Assembly (NCBI GenBank): GCA_965248925.1
Contig: CBDFLE010000006.1
Span: forward strand, 2,400,001-2,464,000
Direction of reading: 5' to 3'
Length of the DNA stretch: 64,000 bases
From: Candidatus Multivoradales bacterium
Lineage (GTDB): Bacteria; Acidobacteriota; Thermoanaerobaculia; Multivoradales; J023
The stretch's first letter is position 1. Each line of letters opens with the position of its first letter. The notes under the pieces were generated by a model. The model saw only the letters and a program-made list of their open reading frames with translations. It had not been told where the DNA came from and searched no databases. The position numbers were made by a program, and so were the translations under genes. Below, in pieces: positions 10,601 through 20,193 of the stretch.

Positions 10601-13600
10601 CTGAACCCACCGCGCAGGCTGTCGTCGATAGATAGCTCTACAATTGCAGAGTCGTCGCCCGCCCGCAGCCGGCGGCGCTCGATCAGCGTTCCGTTACGCG
10701 CGATTTCGAGTTCGAGCGACAGGCCGTCCAGGGCCGAGAAGGCGAACACACGCAGCGTCTGGCCTACCCGCACCGTGCCTTCGTCGACCCCCAACAGCAG
10801 GGGCAAGGCCAGAGGCGTTGAGCGGTCGGCGACGACCACCAGTTCGCGCGCCACCTCGCAACGCTGGCCCCAGGCGTCGAGAGTCGAGTAGCGCAAGCGG
10901 TAGGCGCCCGGCGCCAAGTCACCAAGTTCGATCTCGGCCCGCCCACGCGCATCGTGGTTGAGTTCGCCCCGTGCCAACTCGGCACCATCCGGCCAACCGT
11001 GCAGCACCGCCTCGGGCTGGTAGGTAGGCTGCCAGCGAGGCCGCAGGAGATCGCCGGGGGTGTGAAACCAGTGCTCAACCGCGGCGCCGTGGGTTGGCGT
11101 AAAGGGCTGTTCGGCCGGCAACAGCGCTTCCTCTGGCTGCTGCAAACGCAGCAGTCGCCATTCCCCGCTGCCGGCTCGCGGCACCCTTTCGAGATCACGG
11201 CGCAAGACGCTCAGCGCCAGCGAGCGGCCGGCAAAGTGTGGGCTCGGACCTTCGATCTGCGCTTCGATGGCAATCAGGCCAAGGCGGAAAGCACGTTCTG
11301 CCGAGCGAGTCTCGCCACCTTCGTCGGTGACCTCGGCACTCAGCCGGTAGCGGTAGGAAAGCGCTTGATCTTCACCTTGCTCGTCTGCCTGCGGCAGAAA
11401 GCGCACCTCGAACCGACCCGCCGCGCTGAGTTCCGCGCGACCGGCGGCAACGGTCTGGGCCGGACCGCGCGGCCGGGGATTCCAGCCCCGCCACCAGGGC
11501 GGATAGACCGGCTCGCGCACCACCCGCCAATCGACCTTGCCAGCGCTGACTGGCAGGCCGAAGTAGTAGCGCGCGGAGCCTTCGAGCAGCGCTTCACGGT
11601 TGAGCCGCAAAGCACCGGGCGGATCGTCGATGGCGACCTCGAACGTGGGCCGCTTGTACTCCTCGACTTGCAGCGTGACCCAGCCGCCCAGGTCGGTGCC
11701 GAGGCTCCAGCTACCGAGCAAGCGACCCGCGGGCAAAGCAAACTCACCAGCGGCCGACCCAAAGGAGTTGGTCTCGGCCTCCACCTGGGCGATTTCCTCG
11801 CCATTGGCATCGCGCAGAACAACCTGCAAAGTGCGTTCGGGCAGCACTTCGAAACGCCCCGCCTCGCCGTTGCCGCCGTAGGCCACCACTTTCCACTTCA
11901 GCTGCTGGCCCGGCCGGTAGGCGCTGCGGTCGGTGTAGATCAGAACGTCTGTGCGTTGCTGCTGACCTACCCCCCGGTGCTGGCGGGGATAGGCATCGAG
12001 AAAGGCCACCTCGCGGCCACGCCGAGCCAGCAAGAACAGCTGGCCGCCGCCTCGCATCTCGGGCTGCGGCAGGATCAGAGAGCCGTCGCGGCGACTGCTC
12101 TGCTGCGCCAGTAAGCGCGGCGACCGCTGCCAGTCCATGACATAGAGCCCCACCTCGACGCCACCCACAGGCTCGCCGCTGGCTCCCGAACGCACCGCCA
12201 CCTCGGTGCGCCTCTCGGCGGTCGAAGTGCTCAACACCAGATCGCCAATGAAGATTTGAACGGCGGTCAATTGGTTGCGCTTGACCTCGAAATCGGCCCG
12301 AGCGGAGGCGACGACCAAGTAGGCGCCGGGCTCTTCGAAGGGAGGGTTGACGTAGGTGTGGTGGCGGCGCAAATCGAGGCTTTGAGGCAACTCGACGGAC
12401 CACTCGTGGATCGGCTGGCGCTTGGCAACCCACTGCCGCACCCGCTCGCCGCGGGGTAGCAGAGTACCCCGAGCATCGGCCAGCACACGATCCATGTCGA
12501 GCGCATAGGCGCGAAAAAATAGCCGTTCCAGATTGGCGTGGCCAAGCCGCATGGAGCGCTTATCCAATCCGTCCGAGAGCATCGCTTCGAGCTGGTAGGA
12601 CGGGGCGGTCAGCGACGCCATCAGATTCGCACAGCGGTGCCCACCCGGGCTCTGGGGATGCGCCTGCTGGCCTGCGCGGGCCACTTCGAGAGCCTGGACT
12701 AGGCTGTCCGGGGCGTTGCCGGAGCGGATCAACTCCGCCAGCTCCGCCTGACCCACCGCCCACCAGGGCAGGTGTCTACCGCTGCGCTTCAGGGCGGCTC
12801 GCAGATCAGCCTCGAGCAGCTGACGATCGGGCTGGCTGTCGAGATGAGGCCGCAGTCGCCGATGGCGCTCGAGGCGCGCCTCAAGAGCTGCTTCGGGCCG
12901 TTCGGCAGCAGCGTGCCAGGCCTCCAGATCACCCAAGATGGTGGCAACTTCGAGAAGTGGATGGGGGGCCGGCTCGGCCACCTTCGCGGTCGCTTGCGGC
13001 AACGAGCCAGCGGCGGCCAACAGGATCTTCCGGTCAAGACTGAAGACTCCATTGGCGGCAGCCGGACTCCATAATGAGGCGTCGGCGAGCAGCTCCACCC
13101 ACAGGTAGGTGAGGACATCGCGCAGCGTCCCTCGAATGCGCGGCGGATAGTCGTTGGACACCAGATACTCGGCCATTCGGCCCACCGGCCCGTCACCCCA
13201 CTGCTGGCGCCTGAGCCAGACCTTTTGGTAGCGGCGCTGGGCCGCGGTGACGATTTGCTCTTGGGTCCAGGTAGCTAGATCGATCTCCCCATCACCGGCC
13301 ACCCGCTCGCGCTGAGCAATCTCCCAGGAATAAGCGTGAAAGTAGTTCAGCAAGCTGCGGCCGACGAAGAGGTCCAGGGCTGACCGCTCGGGGTCGGCTT
13401 GCGGCCAAGACTCGGTGAGCAGCTGGCCCACCGCCTGCTCATAACCCCCCAACGAGGCGCGCAGCTGCGCCCCACGCACCAACGCCCGGCCCCAGGAACT
13501 TTGGTCACCGGCCGCGCGAGCCTTATCGAGCAGCCGCTCCACCCGCTCCAGCGCCGCCGCCATCTTCTGCTCAGAGATCAGCTGGTCGACCTGCTGCCAA

Positions 13601-13773
13601 TCGGCTTCGTACATCGAGCTTTCCCCCTGGCTCCGCGGACGGTGATCGAGCGGTTGACTTGCTTGGCTGACAGGTGCGGACTGGCAAGCAGCGAACAGCA
13701 GCCAAATCAGCCACCAACACCACCGCACGACGATCAACTCAGAACCTGACGAACGCACTCTCGATGATTTCAT
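7678..13773 (-). CDS. Bacterial alpha-2-macroglobulin family lipoprotein
   Basis: Lipobox LFAAC, MG2 motif YTDRSAYRPG, LRSDFSETAFW, thioester motif YPYECVEQ and C-terminal VQSMYAPEF. Start codon uncertain. Confidence 0.9.
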   Translation of the reverse strand: MKSSRVRSSGSELIVVRWCWWLIWLLFAACQSAPVSQASQPLDHRPRSQGESSMYEADWQQVDQLISEQKMAAALERVERLLDKARAAGDQSSWGRALVRGAQLRASLGGYEQAVGQLLTESWPQADPERSALDLFVGRSLLNYFHAYSWEIAQRERVAGDGEIDLATWTQEQIVTAAQRRYQKVWLRRQQWGDGPVGRMAEYLVSNDYPPRIRGTLRDVLTYLWVELLADASLWSPAAANGVFSLDRKILLAAAGSLPQATAKVAEPAPHPLLEVATILGDLEAWHAAAERPEAALEARLERHRRLRPHLDSQPDRQLLEADLRAALKRSGRHLPWWAVGQAELAELIRSGNAPDSLVQALEVARAGQQAHPQSPGGHRCANLMASLTAPSYQLEAMLSDGLDKRSMRLGHANLERLFFRAYALDMDRVLADARGTLLPRGERVRQWVAKRQPIHEWSVELPQSLDLRRHHTYVNPPFEEPGAYLVVASARADFEVKRNQLTAVQIFIGDLVLSTSTAERRTEVAVRSGASGEPVGGVEVGLYVMDWQRSPRLLAQQSSRRDGSLILPQPEMRGGGQLFLLARRGREVAFLDAYPRQHRGVGQQQRTDVLIYTDRSAYRPGQQLKWKVVAYGGNGEAGRFEVLPERTLQVVLRDANGEEIAQVEAETNSFGSAAGEFALPAGRLLGSWSLGTDLGGWVTLQVEEYKRPTFEVAIDDPPGALRLNREALLEGSARYYFGLPVSAGKVDWRVVREPVYPPWWRGWNPRPRGPAQTVAAGRAELSAAGRFEVRFLPQADEQGEDQALSYRYRLSAEVTDEGGETRSAERAFRLGLIAIEAQIEGPSPHFAGRSLALSVLRRDLERVPRAGSGEWRLLRLQQPEEALLPAEQPFTPTHGAAVEHWFHTPGDLLRPRWQPTYQPEAVLHGWPDGAELARGELNHDARGRAEIELGDLAPGAYRLRYSTLDAWGQRCEVARELVVVADRSTPLALPLLLGVDEGTVRVGQTLRVFAFSALDGLSLELEIARNGTLIERRRLRAGDDSAIVELSIDDSLRGGFSVTLRALRDHQMMTLSRQIAVPWDNRHLQLAFSTFRDRLRPGGAETWRLEVRRQDGQPVGAGEAEILAYMYDRSLDLFAQHRPHDPRSVYPVYGGGLGFRSSLGHASQVWNRAEGWIDLPPFPSFQGDRLKFFDSYPIGGFGRRGRQVMKVFGSSAMAQEGQEMAEAVVVSAQTPVVVQAEMADLSARPPAAPPPTAAPELRSDFSETAFWFPHLLTDEEGGVALQFTVPDSVTEWRVWAHALTREFSSGRAQAETRTVKDLLVRPYLPRFLRAGDQTAIEVVVNNAGDRPLAGELTFELFDPRTEVSLLEEFGLTAAQARRTFAVEPGAGSELRFALTVPPRIGPLAVRVMARAGALGDGEVRPLAVLPSRLHLTQSRFVALSGDAVERLEFADLARQDDPTRIDEQLVVTLDGQLFYGVLAALPYLVEYPYECVEQTLNRFLSTGIVATLFDQYPAISRLAENLAKRETRLEAWRQEDPNRQLLLEETPWRVAAAGGEAAAEGLIKVLDPVIARAQRDTSLAELERVQTAAGGFPWWPGGPPSPYITLYLLDGLARALEHDVEVPRQLVARAWRYVEQSYRLDRDERLAENLPWPTGAYLAYVLSSYPDASWTDGVFSDDDRRALLDHGFQHWRQAAPRLKAYLALALHRQGRQQDARLLFDSLMDSAKSDPRLGTYWAPEERSWLWYNDTIESHAFALRALMEIDPEDSRRHGLAQWLMLNKKLNHWKSTRATAEVVYALAHYLADEQSLAVREEAVVRIGSRRRRFVFEPDSYTGKGRQLVVEGAAIEPSMARIEVAKKTPGLMFASATWHFSSERLPETAVGDFFAVERRYFRRWHDGHEWLIEPLVAAAEIAVGDQLQVELVLRTQHAAEYVHLRDPRAAGFEPENPRSGYRWQTGVGYYEEPRDSATNFFFERLPVGEVVLRYRLRATHAGTFRVGPAEVQSMYAPEFAAYSAGARLRVSATGEATP

Positions 13774-14022
13774 GACCACGAGTCTATCGGCTGCATGCTG
13801 CCCCGGCTGGAGGAAGGTGATTCTGAGCCAGCCAGCGTAAACTTCCATGCCGCGATATTCAACGGCGTAAGCGGGCATCGGCGGCAATTACGCCTGTGGG
13901 TGACCTGCTGAATGGAAGATCAGCGTAAGTACCCGTTTACAGAAGAGGGTGGCTGCTGCTCAGGCACTCGCCGACATCGACACCCGCTCTGGAGCAAAGA
14001 AGCCAGCTTTGTCTTCACGATT

Positions 14023-15604
14023 CTAGAGCGGAGGGCAGCCACCGAGTGTCCGTGCATCCGCTATCTCGGTGTGGTAGCTCCTCAGCATTTCGGGAGTCAG
14101 TCTGCCGCAGACAGCATCTTGCCGCAGACGCACCAGCGTCGACGCCATCGTCCGATTGTGGTCCAAGGCACTGACTAGCTGCGGGGTCTGCTCGGTGGCT
14201 CTCTTCGCTTCGTGACTCTTCCCAGCCAAGAGGAAGCACTCTACTCGGTTGATGGTAGCCATTGTCGCAAGAAGTGGACTGGTCGCGCTCAATAGGCCAA
14301 TCGCTTTTTTCTGACTCTCCTCAACTTGCAGTGGGTGATTTCAGCCGGCAAGGGTAGAGAAATGCCCTGAACACCGGTGTTTACGGCACCTGAGCCTCTC
14401 CCAGCTCCTTGCACACACGCCTGAGCCCCGATCGCCGCCGCCGCCGGCCCTGTGGGAGGGGCGGTAAGCCGCGGCAGGGCGGGGGTCTCCGGCTTTCCGC
14501 GCCGTCCACAGGGCATCTGCAAAGCCACGAAGGAACCCACTCCTATTTGAGGAGAGCCTTTTTTCCGGTACCTAGTGGCACTGCCTGGCTCGCCGATCTT
14601 TCGCAGCCAGAGCCCTTTCGTCACCGCCACAATTCCTTGGCTGTACGAGTCGGCGATGGTAACGCAACCCTCTGCGGAATCCAGAGCACCTCGAGCTCCT
14701 TCCAAGTTCCCCAGCGAGACAAGAGCCGATGCCAGGTTGTTGTAGACTCCAGCCTCGAATCGGGGAAGTAGGCTTCCTAAGTTCGTTGCTGTGAGGAGGT
14801 GCAGTTGAGCTGTACCTTGAGTGTAATTCCCGGAGTAGATGTGGGCCAGCGCCGTTGCAAAACTTAACCTCATACTGGCCGGTGAGTTCGGCTGCAATGC
14901 AGCAGCCGTGGACAGTAGATTATGTGCAGAGGAACTCTCGCCCGAGTCCATCAGTAAGTAGGCTGCCCGCACTATCAAACTCAGCCGCGCCTCATTCGGG
15001 AAACGCCCAAGAACCGAGAACGCCACGAGCAGCATTCTTGCTGCCATTTCCAGTGCTCCGCCGATGCGGCAGCAGGAGCTGAGGACTACGGTCGCCCGTG
15101 CAAAGACCTCCAAGGCGCCAGGGCCCGTCAGTGTGGGTGCCACACATTCTCGGCCAGCGACAGCACCTGGCATGCGGCAATCCAAGGCATCTTGTAGCGT
15201 AGCTCATCAGCTTCTTCAATCGTGCCAAGGTGTGCAGCAACCAAGCCGCTTGCAGTGCTAGTGGGGACATTGGACTGACCCACCAGCCATCGTGCCTTCC
15301 GTTTCAGCCTCACGATCACCGGCGGATCTGATAAGCCGGGTGGCAGGAACGCCTCAAGGAGGCTTTCCGCATCATTAACCTCACTCTTAGTGGCTAGCTC
15401 GCTGAAGCTCAGATTTACGGCGTCGAGGATTTTCAACAGCTTCCTGAAGGTGGGATTCACTTTGCCGGCAAGTAGCTTCGGCAGGTAGGACTTCGAAACT
15501 CCCATATTGCGCCCCAACTGAAGCTGGCTCAGCGGATGTCGCCGGATATGCGCCGTCAGCACGACCAGAAGTCGTCGATACTCCTCGTCAGTGCGGTGTC
15601 CCAT
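14023..15604 (-). pseudogene. XRE-HTH-TPR fusion (paralog 2), broken by a frameshift near 15140 and a MITE
   Basis: The N-terminal HTH resembles 61766-62191. TPR repeats continue in another frame. Removing the MITE and one TSD copy restores ...YRKK-AIGLLSATSP... in frame. Confidence 0.75.
14313..14558. mobile_element. 246-bp ISL3-type MITE
   Basis: 24-bp TIRs GACTCTCCTCAACTTGCAGTGGGT / GGCTCTCCTCAAATAGGAGTGGGT match at 20/24. AT-rich 8-bp TSD TTTTTTCT (14305-14312) / TTTTTTCC (14559-14566). No transposase. Confidence 0.85.
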
Positions 15605-15865
15605 GTCCTGCCGTCCCCAAGATTTAAGTAGTGACCTGCATCTGCATGGCGGGAAATGCGGTGCTACTTCCCTCGTAGAGTCAAATCGCCAAGCCATTCC
15701 ATCAACAAACCCTCGCGAACTCGCTGCTGGCCGCAAGAAGTACGAAGTAGAGCTTTGGCACTATAGCAAGAGGGTAGACTGTACCCCACCAGGGTAAGAT
15801 TCAAGATCGTTGATTGGTTTCGACCTACCCTGCTCTAGGCTCCTCAAACCCCAAGAGGAGCCCCG

Positions 15866-16564
15866 ATGACCGACGACCAAATCCAAGCCGCCTTGAGCCC
15901 CCTAAGCGGCTGGCACCGCGCCGAAAACGTCCAAGCGATCGGCAAGCACTACCTGCTCGACACCTGGCGCGATGCCATGATCTTCGTCGACTTCGTGCTC
16001 TTCACCGGCGAGCGGCTGGCCATCACCCCGCGAATCGTCATCGTCGGCCGCCGGCTCAGTGTCCAGATCGGACCCCGACCCCCAGCCAGCCTGAACAGCA
16101 GGCATTTCGAATATGCCCACTCCCTCGACCTCCCATGCGGATCCGGCGAAGAAACCCTGAGGTCGCTGGAGCCCTCCCTCCGGGCCGGGCCTCTCTCCCG
16201 GCCCGGAGGCTCTTTTTTCACCCGGTCAGACCCTCACCAGGAGAACAGCGATGAAACCAGAACGCATCCAACTCGGCTTGCAGGGCTTGGTCCACTGGCG
16301 TCAACCCAGTACCGCAGATCAGGTCATCAGCCGGCAGATCGGCCTCGCCAACTTCACCAGCGCCAGCGACCTGCTGCGCAAGAGCCTCGTGCTGGCCAAA
16401 AGGCTGGAGATGCAGCTCGATCTGCACCTCCAAGGCAGCACCTTGAAAGTGCGCCTGCCCTGTGCTCCCGAAACCGAACTCACCGAGCGCCATCTCTCCC
16501 TGGCCCGCGCCATCGAGAGCCTCGCCGCCGAGGAAGAGCAGCGGGCACCCCGCCAAGTCAATGA
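15866..16564 (+). CDS. Pterin-4a-carbinolamine dehydratase (PCD)-like protein; domain ends near 16130 and the 3' extension is probably readthrough
   Basis: GAGGAG RBS. IQAALSPLSGW...IGKHYLLDTWRDAMIFV...V.I...LNSRHFEYAHSLD fits the PCD fold but lacks the HHP motif. The ORF runs through a terminator and overlaps the next gene. Confidence 0.55.
   Translation: MTDDQIQAALSPLSGWHRAENVQAIGKHYLLDTWRDAMIFVDFVLFTGERLAITPRIVIVGRRLSVQIGPRPPASLNSRHFEYAHSLDLPCGSGEETLRSLEPSLRAGPLSRPGGSFFTRSDPHQENSDETRTHPTRLAGLGPLASTQYRRSGHQPADRPRQLHQRQRPAAQEPRAGQKAGDAARSAPPRQHLESAPALCSRNRTHRAPSLPGPRHREPRRRGRAAGTPPSQ
16177..16218 (+). terminator. Rho-independent terminator
   Basis: Stem CCTCCGGGCCGGG / CCCGGCCCGGAGG followed by a T6 run. 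Confidence 0.7.
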
Positions 16565-16574
16565 CCGCCGGTGA
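16251..16574 (+). CDS. Second divergent PCD-like protein
   Basis: AGGAG RBS. LQGLVHW...ISRQIGLANFTSASDLL...LKVRL...LTERHLSLARAIE fits the PCD pattern without HHP. Confidence 0.55.
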   Translation: MKPERIQLGLQGLVHWRQPSTADQVISRQIGLANFTSASDLLRKSLVLAKRLEMQLDLHLQGSTLKVRLPCAPETELTERHLSLARAIESLAAEEEQRAPRQVNDRR

Positions 16575-16668
16575 GATTTTTCGACGCCCGTTGTAACGAA
16601 GCCATCCCATTTACGCCTATAGATACTGAAGCGACCGAAACCCGTGTCCGCGAAAGGACCAAACCCCA

Positions 16669-17340
16669 ATGCCGAGCCATCACCTCCCTCTTGCCCTACC
16701 GGTTCTTCTACTCACCGCCCTGCTCACCCTGCCATCCCCGACCCAGGCTCTCGACCTGACCTTCGACAGCCACGCGGCCACCGCCGCCGGTCTGGCCGCC
16801 GACACCCCGGTGGCCTGGCTGTGGACCGGGCGGGTGGTCGAGGGCTATTCCACCCGCGTCGAACTCGAAACCCGCGCCGGCCTGGCCGACCGCTCTGGGG
16901 CGGTGCGGCTCCAGAGTGAGCGCCCCTTGCCCGAGCAGTCGATCTGGGCATTGGCTGACCTCCGTAGCGGCGACCTGCTGCTCGACTGGCCAGCGGCCTC
17001 GCAAGCCAGTCTGCTGGAACTACCCGCCGTGGACCTAGAGCCCGACCGCCTGACCCTCGCCGGCCGCCGTTTCCAGGCCCTGCTGATCCGCCCCGGAGTC
17101 GGCGCTTGGACAGCCCTGGTGACCGATGGCGGCGACGCCGATGCCGACGGCGAGCAGAATGCCAGCGTCACCGTGGCGGTGGAGCACTTGCTGCCGCTGA
17201 ATGAGGAGACCCCCGCCGCCGCCGAGCGCTTGAAACCGGGTGATCGCCTGTTGCTGGCCGACCCCGACCACCTGCGGCTGTGGGTCGCCGCCATCGATCG
17301 CGAGTCGTTCAAGGACCCATCGCCCGACACTTCACGCTGA
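16669..17340 (+). CDS. Secreted beta-rich hypothetical protein directly upstream of RHS1
   Basis: Signal peptide ending TQA; LIRPGVGAW and DGGDADADGEQN (Ca-binding-like) segments. Confidence 0.7.
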   Translation: MPSHHLPLALPVLLLTALLTLPSPTQALDLTFDSHAATAAGLAADTPVAWLWTGRVVEGYSTRVELETRAGLADRSGAVRLQSERPLPEQSIWALADLRSGDLLLDWPAASQASLLELPAVDLEPDRLTLAGRRFQALLIRPGVGAWTALVTDGGDADADGEQNASVTVAVEHLLPLNEETPAAAERLKPGDRLLLADPDHLRLWVAAIDRESFKDPSPDTSR

Positions 17341-17357
17341 GCCCCGAGGAAAAGACT

Positions 17358-20193
17358 ATGAAAACCACCCCCCAGCCCTTCCGTCTGTTCTCCGCCGGCT
17401 GCCTGCCGGCTTTGATTCTGGCCCTGCTGCCAGTGCTCTTCCTCTTGTTCCCCGCGATCTCTCATGGCGCGCAGCAGCACCCCACCAGCGAGCGCGGCTT
17501 CGCCCCCGAGAAAGCCTACGCCTTTGGCGATATCGATCACGTAAGCCTCTACAACGGCGCCCTCACCCTGACCCTCCCCATCGGCCCCACCTACCGGGTG
17601 GGTCGCGGCCTGTCCTACTCGCTGACCTTGGTCTACAACTCCAAATTGTGGGATTGGGAGATCGAGTGCGGCACGGGTAACTGCGAGTCGGTGGCCTGGG
17701 CCAACCGCGATAGCAACGGTGGCTTGGGTTGGCAGCTTTCCCTCGGAAAACTAGTACCGCCGCTGACCCCGCCGCGCAACGACACGCCTCTCTGGCTGTT
17801 CGTCACAAGCGATGGCAGCGAGCACTTTTTTTACGACACGCTGGCCAACGAAGCCCCGGTGGCCAACGTCTACTACAGCCGCGACAGCACCTACTTGCGG
17901 CTGAAGAAGGCGGGTAGCCAGTGGAAGCTGGAGGACGGCGGCGGAGTGACCCACACCTTCAACGCCAACGGCGACCTGCGGCGGCAAGAGGACGCCTTCG
18001 GCAACTACCTGACCATCGGCTATGGCGCCAACACCTGGGATATCGCCGACAGCACCGGCCGCACCCACACCTTGACCTTCGCCAACAAGCTGCTCGACGG
18101 CGCCCAGGTACCGCATCTCATCCGCGCCGACTTGGCGGCCTTCGGCGGTCAGCGGGCGCTGTGGAGTTTCACCTACCAGCAAGCCACCGTCGACCGCCCC
18201 GCCCCATCGCCGAACGTGGGTGTCTACAGTCCGCCTGGGGCGCACTTCCTGACCAAGATTTCGCTGCCGCACGGCCAGAGCTACAACATGGGACCGGTGG
18301 CCCAGCGCTACCACTTGTCGCGGCTTGAGCACACTCGCAATGTCGGTCAGATCAAGGCCGTCGATCTACCCACCGGCGGCCAAGTGGCTTGGGAGTACAA
18401 GAACTACAATTTCTACACGTTGGGCGACCCGCCAATCGGCACTGGGCATCCGCGCCGTGAGTTGCAGCTTTCCTCCGGCGTCAAGTCCCGGCGCCTGATC
18501 GACACCACCGGCGGCGAGCTGGGCAAGTGGACCTACACCCAGGTACTGACCACCGAGGGCTTCGATCCAGCGGTCCAGTCGATCACCACGGTCAAGGCAC
18601 CTTCGGGACAAAGGTCGATCCACTACTTCTCGACCTACCAAGGTGGCCCCACCAGTGTCACCACCGCCAATGAACTCGATCTGGGGCTGCCCTTCACGCC
18701 GAAGAACCCGGTGGGTGAGCGGCGCCTGTCGCAGCGGGTACTCTCGGCCGGTGGCACCGACCTTCGCCGGGTCGAGGTGGGCTATCAACGCGACGCCGCC
18801 GCGCCGCTGGGTGAGGTGCATATCCGTGGTCAGCTCAACCCCGCGGCGCGCGATCGTAATCAACGAATGTTCGTTACCCGTACGATCTACAAGGACGACG
18901 GCAACCGGTACGCCGAGGACCGCATGTCGGGCTATGACGGCGTGGGCCACTATCGGCGCACGGTGCGCAAGGACAACTTCGACGGGGTGAAGACGCGCAA
19001 TCAGTTCACCCGCTACCATCCCGGCGGCATGCCCAACACCGGCCAAGCGTGGATCCTCGGCACCTACACTTACCAGACCACCGTCGACACCGGCGGCGCC
19101 ACCTTGCGCCGTGATACCTGCTTCGATTCCGCGACTGGCTTTTTGAAAGTGGAGCGGCTGCGCCAAGCCAACCCGGCGCCGAGTTCGGACGACGTGGTGC
19201 GCGCGATGAGCTACGTCCGCGATGCCGCGAGCAAGATCGAAACCGTGGTCGAGCGCCATTTCGGCGGAGATACGGGCGCCGTGGCGGCGCCCGGCGACGT
19301 CTGCGCGCTGAATCCGGCGCACAACACCAGCCACGTTGCCCTGGAGCACAAGTGGCAGTACGGCTCTGGCCGCTCAAGCCAATACTTGAAACTCGATGGC
19401 AGCCGCTTCCCCTTCTTCGAAGTGCTCCAGACGGTGGACCGGAAGACCGGCCTGATCAGTGCGAGCACCGACCGCGCGGCCTTAGTCACCGCTCTCAAGT
19501 ACGACTTTCTTGGCCGGCTAACCGAGTCCAAACCCTCCGCCGGCCACGGCGCCTGGACGCTCTACGCCTACACCAACACCTTCAACTCGGCCGGCCCCAA
19601 GGTCGAGATCCGTCAAATCGACCGCGATACCAGCGCCGCGTTGGCCAAGCGCGAGCTACGTTTCGACGGCATCGGCCGGCTGATCTTGGAGCGTCAGCGC
19701 CAGCCTAGCGGGCTGTGGGCCAAACGGGTAACCGCGCCTACAGCGGCGAAGGCTGGACCCAGAGCGAGTCCGAGTGGTACCGCTCCGCGGGCACCGTCCA
19801 CCGCACTTATTTCGACCACGATGCCTTTGGCCGGGTGACCAAGATCGTGCCGCCCGACGGCGCTACCCACGATGTGCGAGTGACCTACCTCGGCGACCGG
19901 CGAGTAGTGCGCCGGGGAAGGGTGGGCACTTCAGTAGCTGGCAACGGCAGCGTCAACCAAAGCCAGTTTGCCACCGAAGAGATCTACGATGCCTACGGCC
20001 GCCTGGTGCGGGTATCCGAGCCCGCGGGCGGCCTGCTGGCGACCTACTTCTACGACTCCGGCGATCGGTTGAAACAGGCTAATCTGAAGGGCGGAAGTAC
20101 CACCCAGATTCGCACCTTCGAGTACGATGGTCGAGGCTTTCTCCTCTCCGAGAATCACCCCGAGGCACAGCAGATCAACTACAGCAACTACGA
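17358..20193 (+). pseudogene. RHS/YD-repeat protein 1 with Sec signal peptide; frameshift near 19735, truncated by a group II intron
   Basis: N-terminus is homologous to 40015-45033 (VSLYNGALTLTLPIG). YD repeats present (YDFLGRL, YDAYGRL, YDGRGFL). Coding stops at ...NYSNY-GA, followed by GTGCG. Confidence 0.85.
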
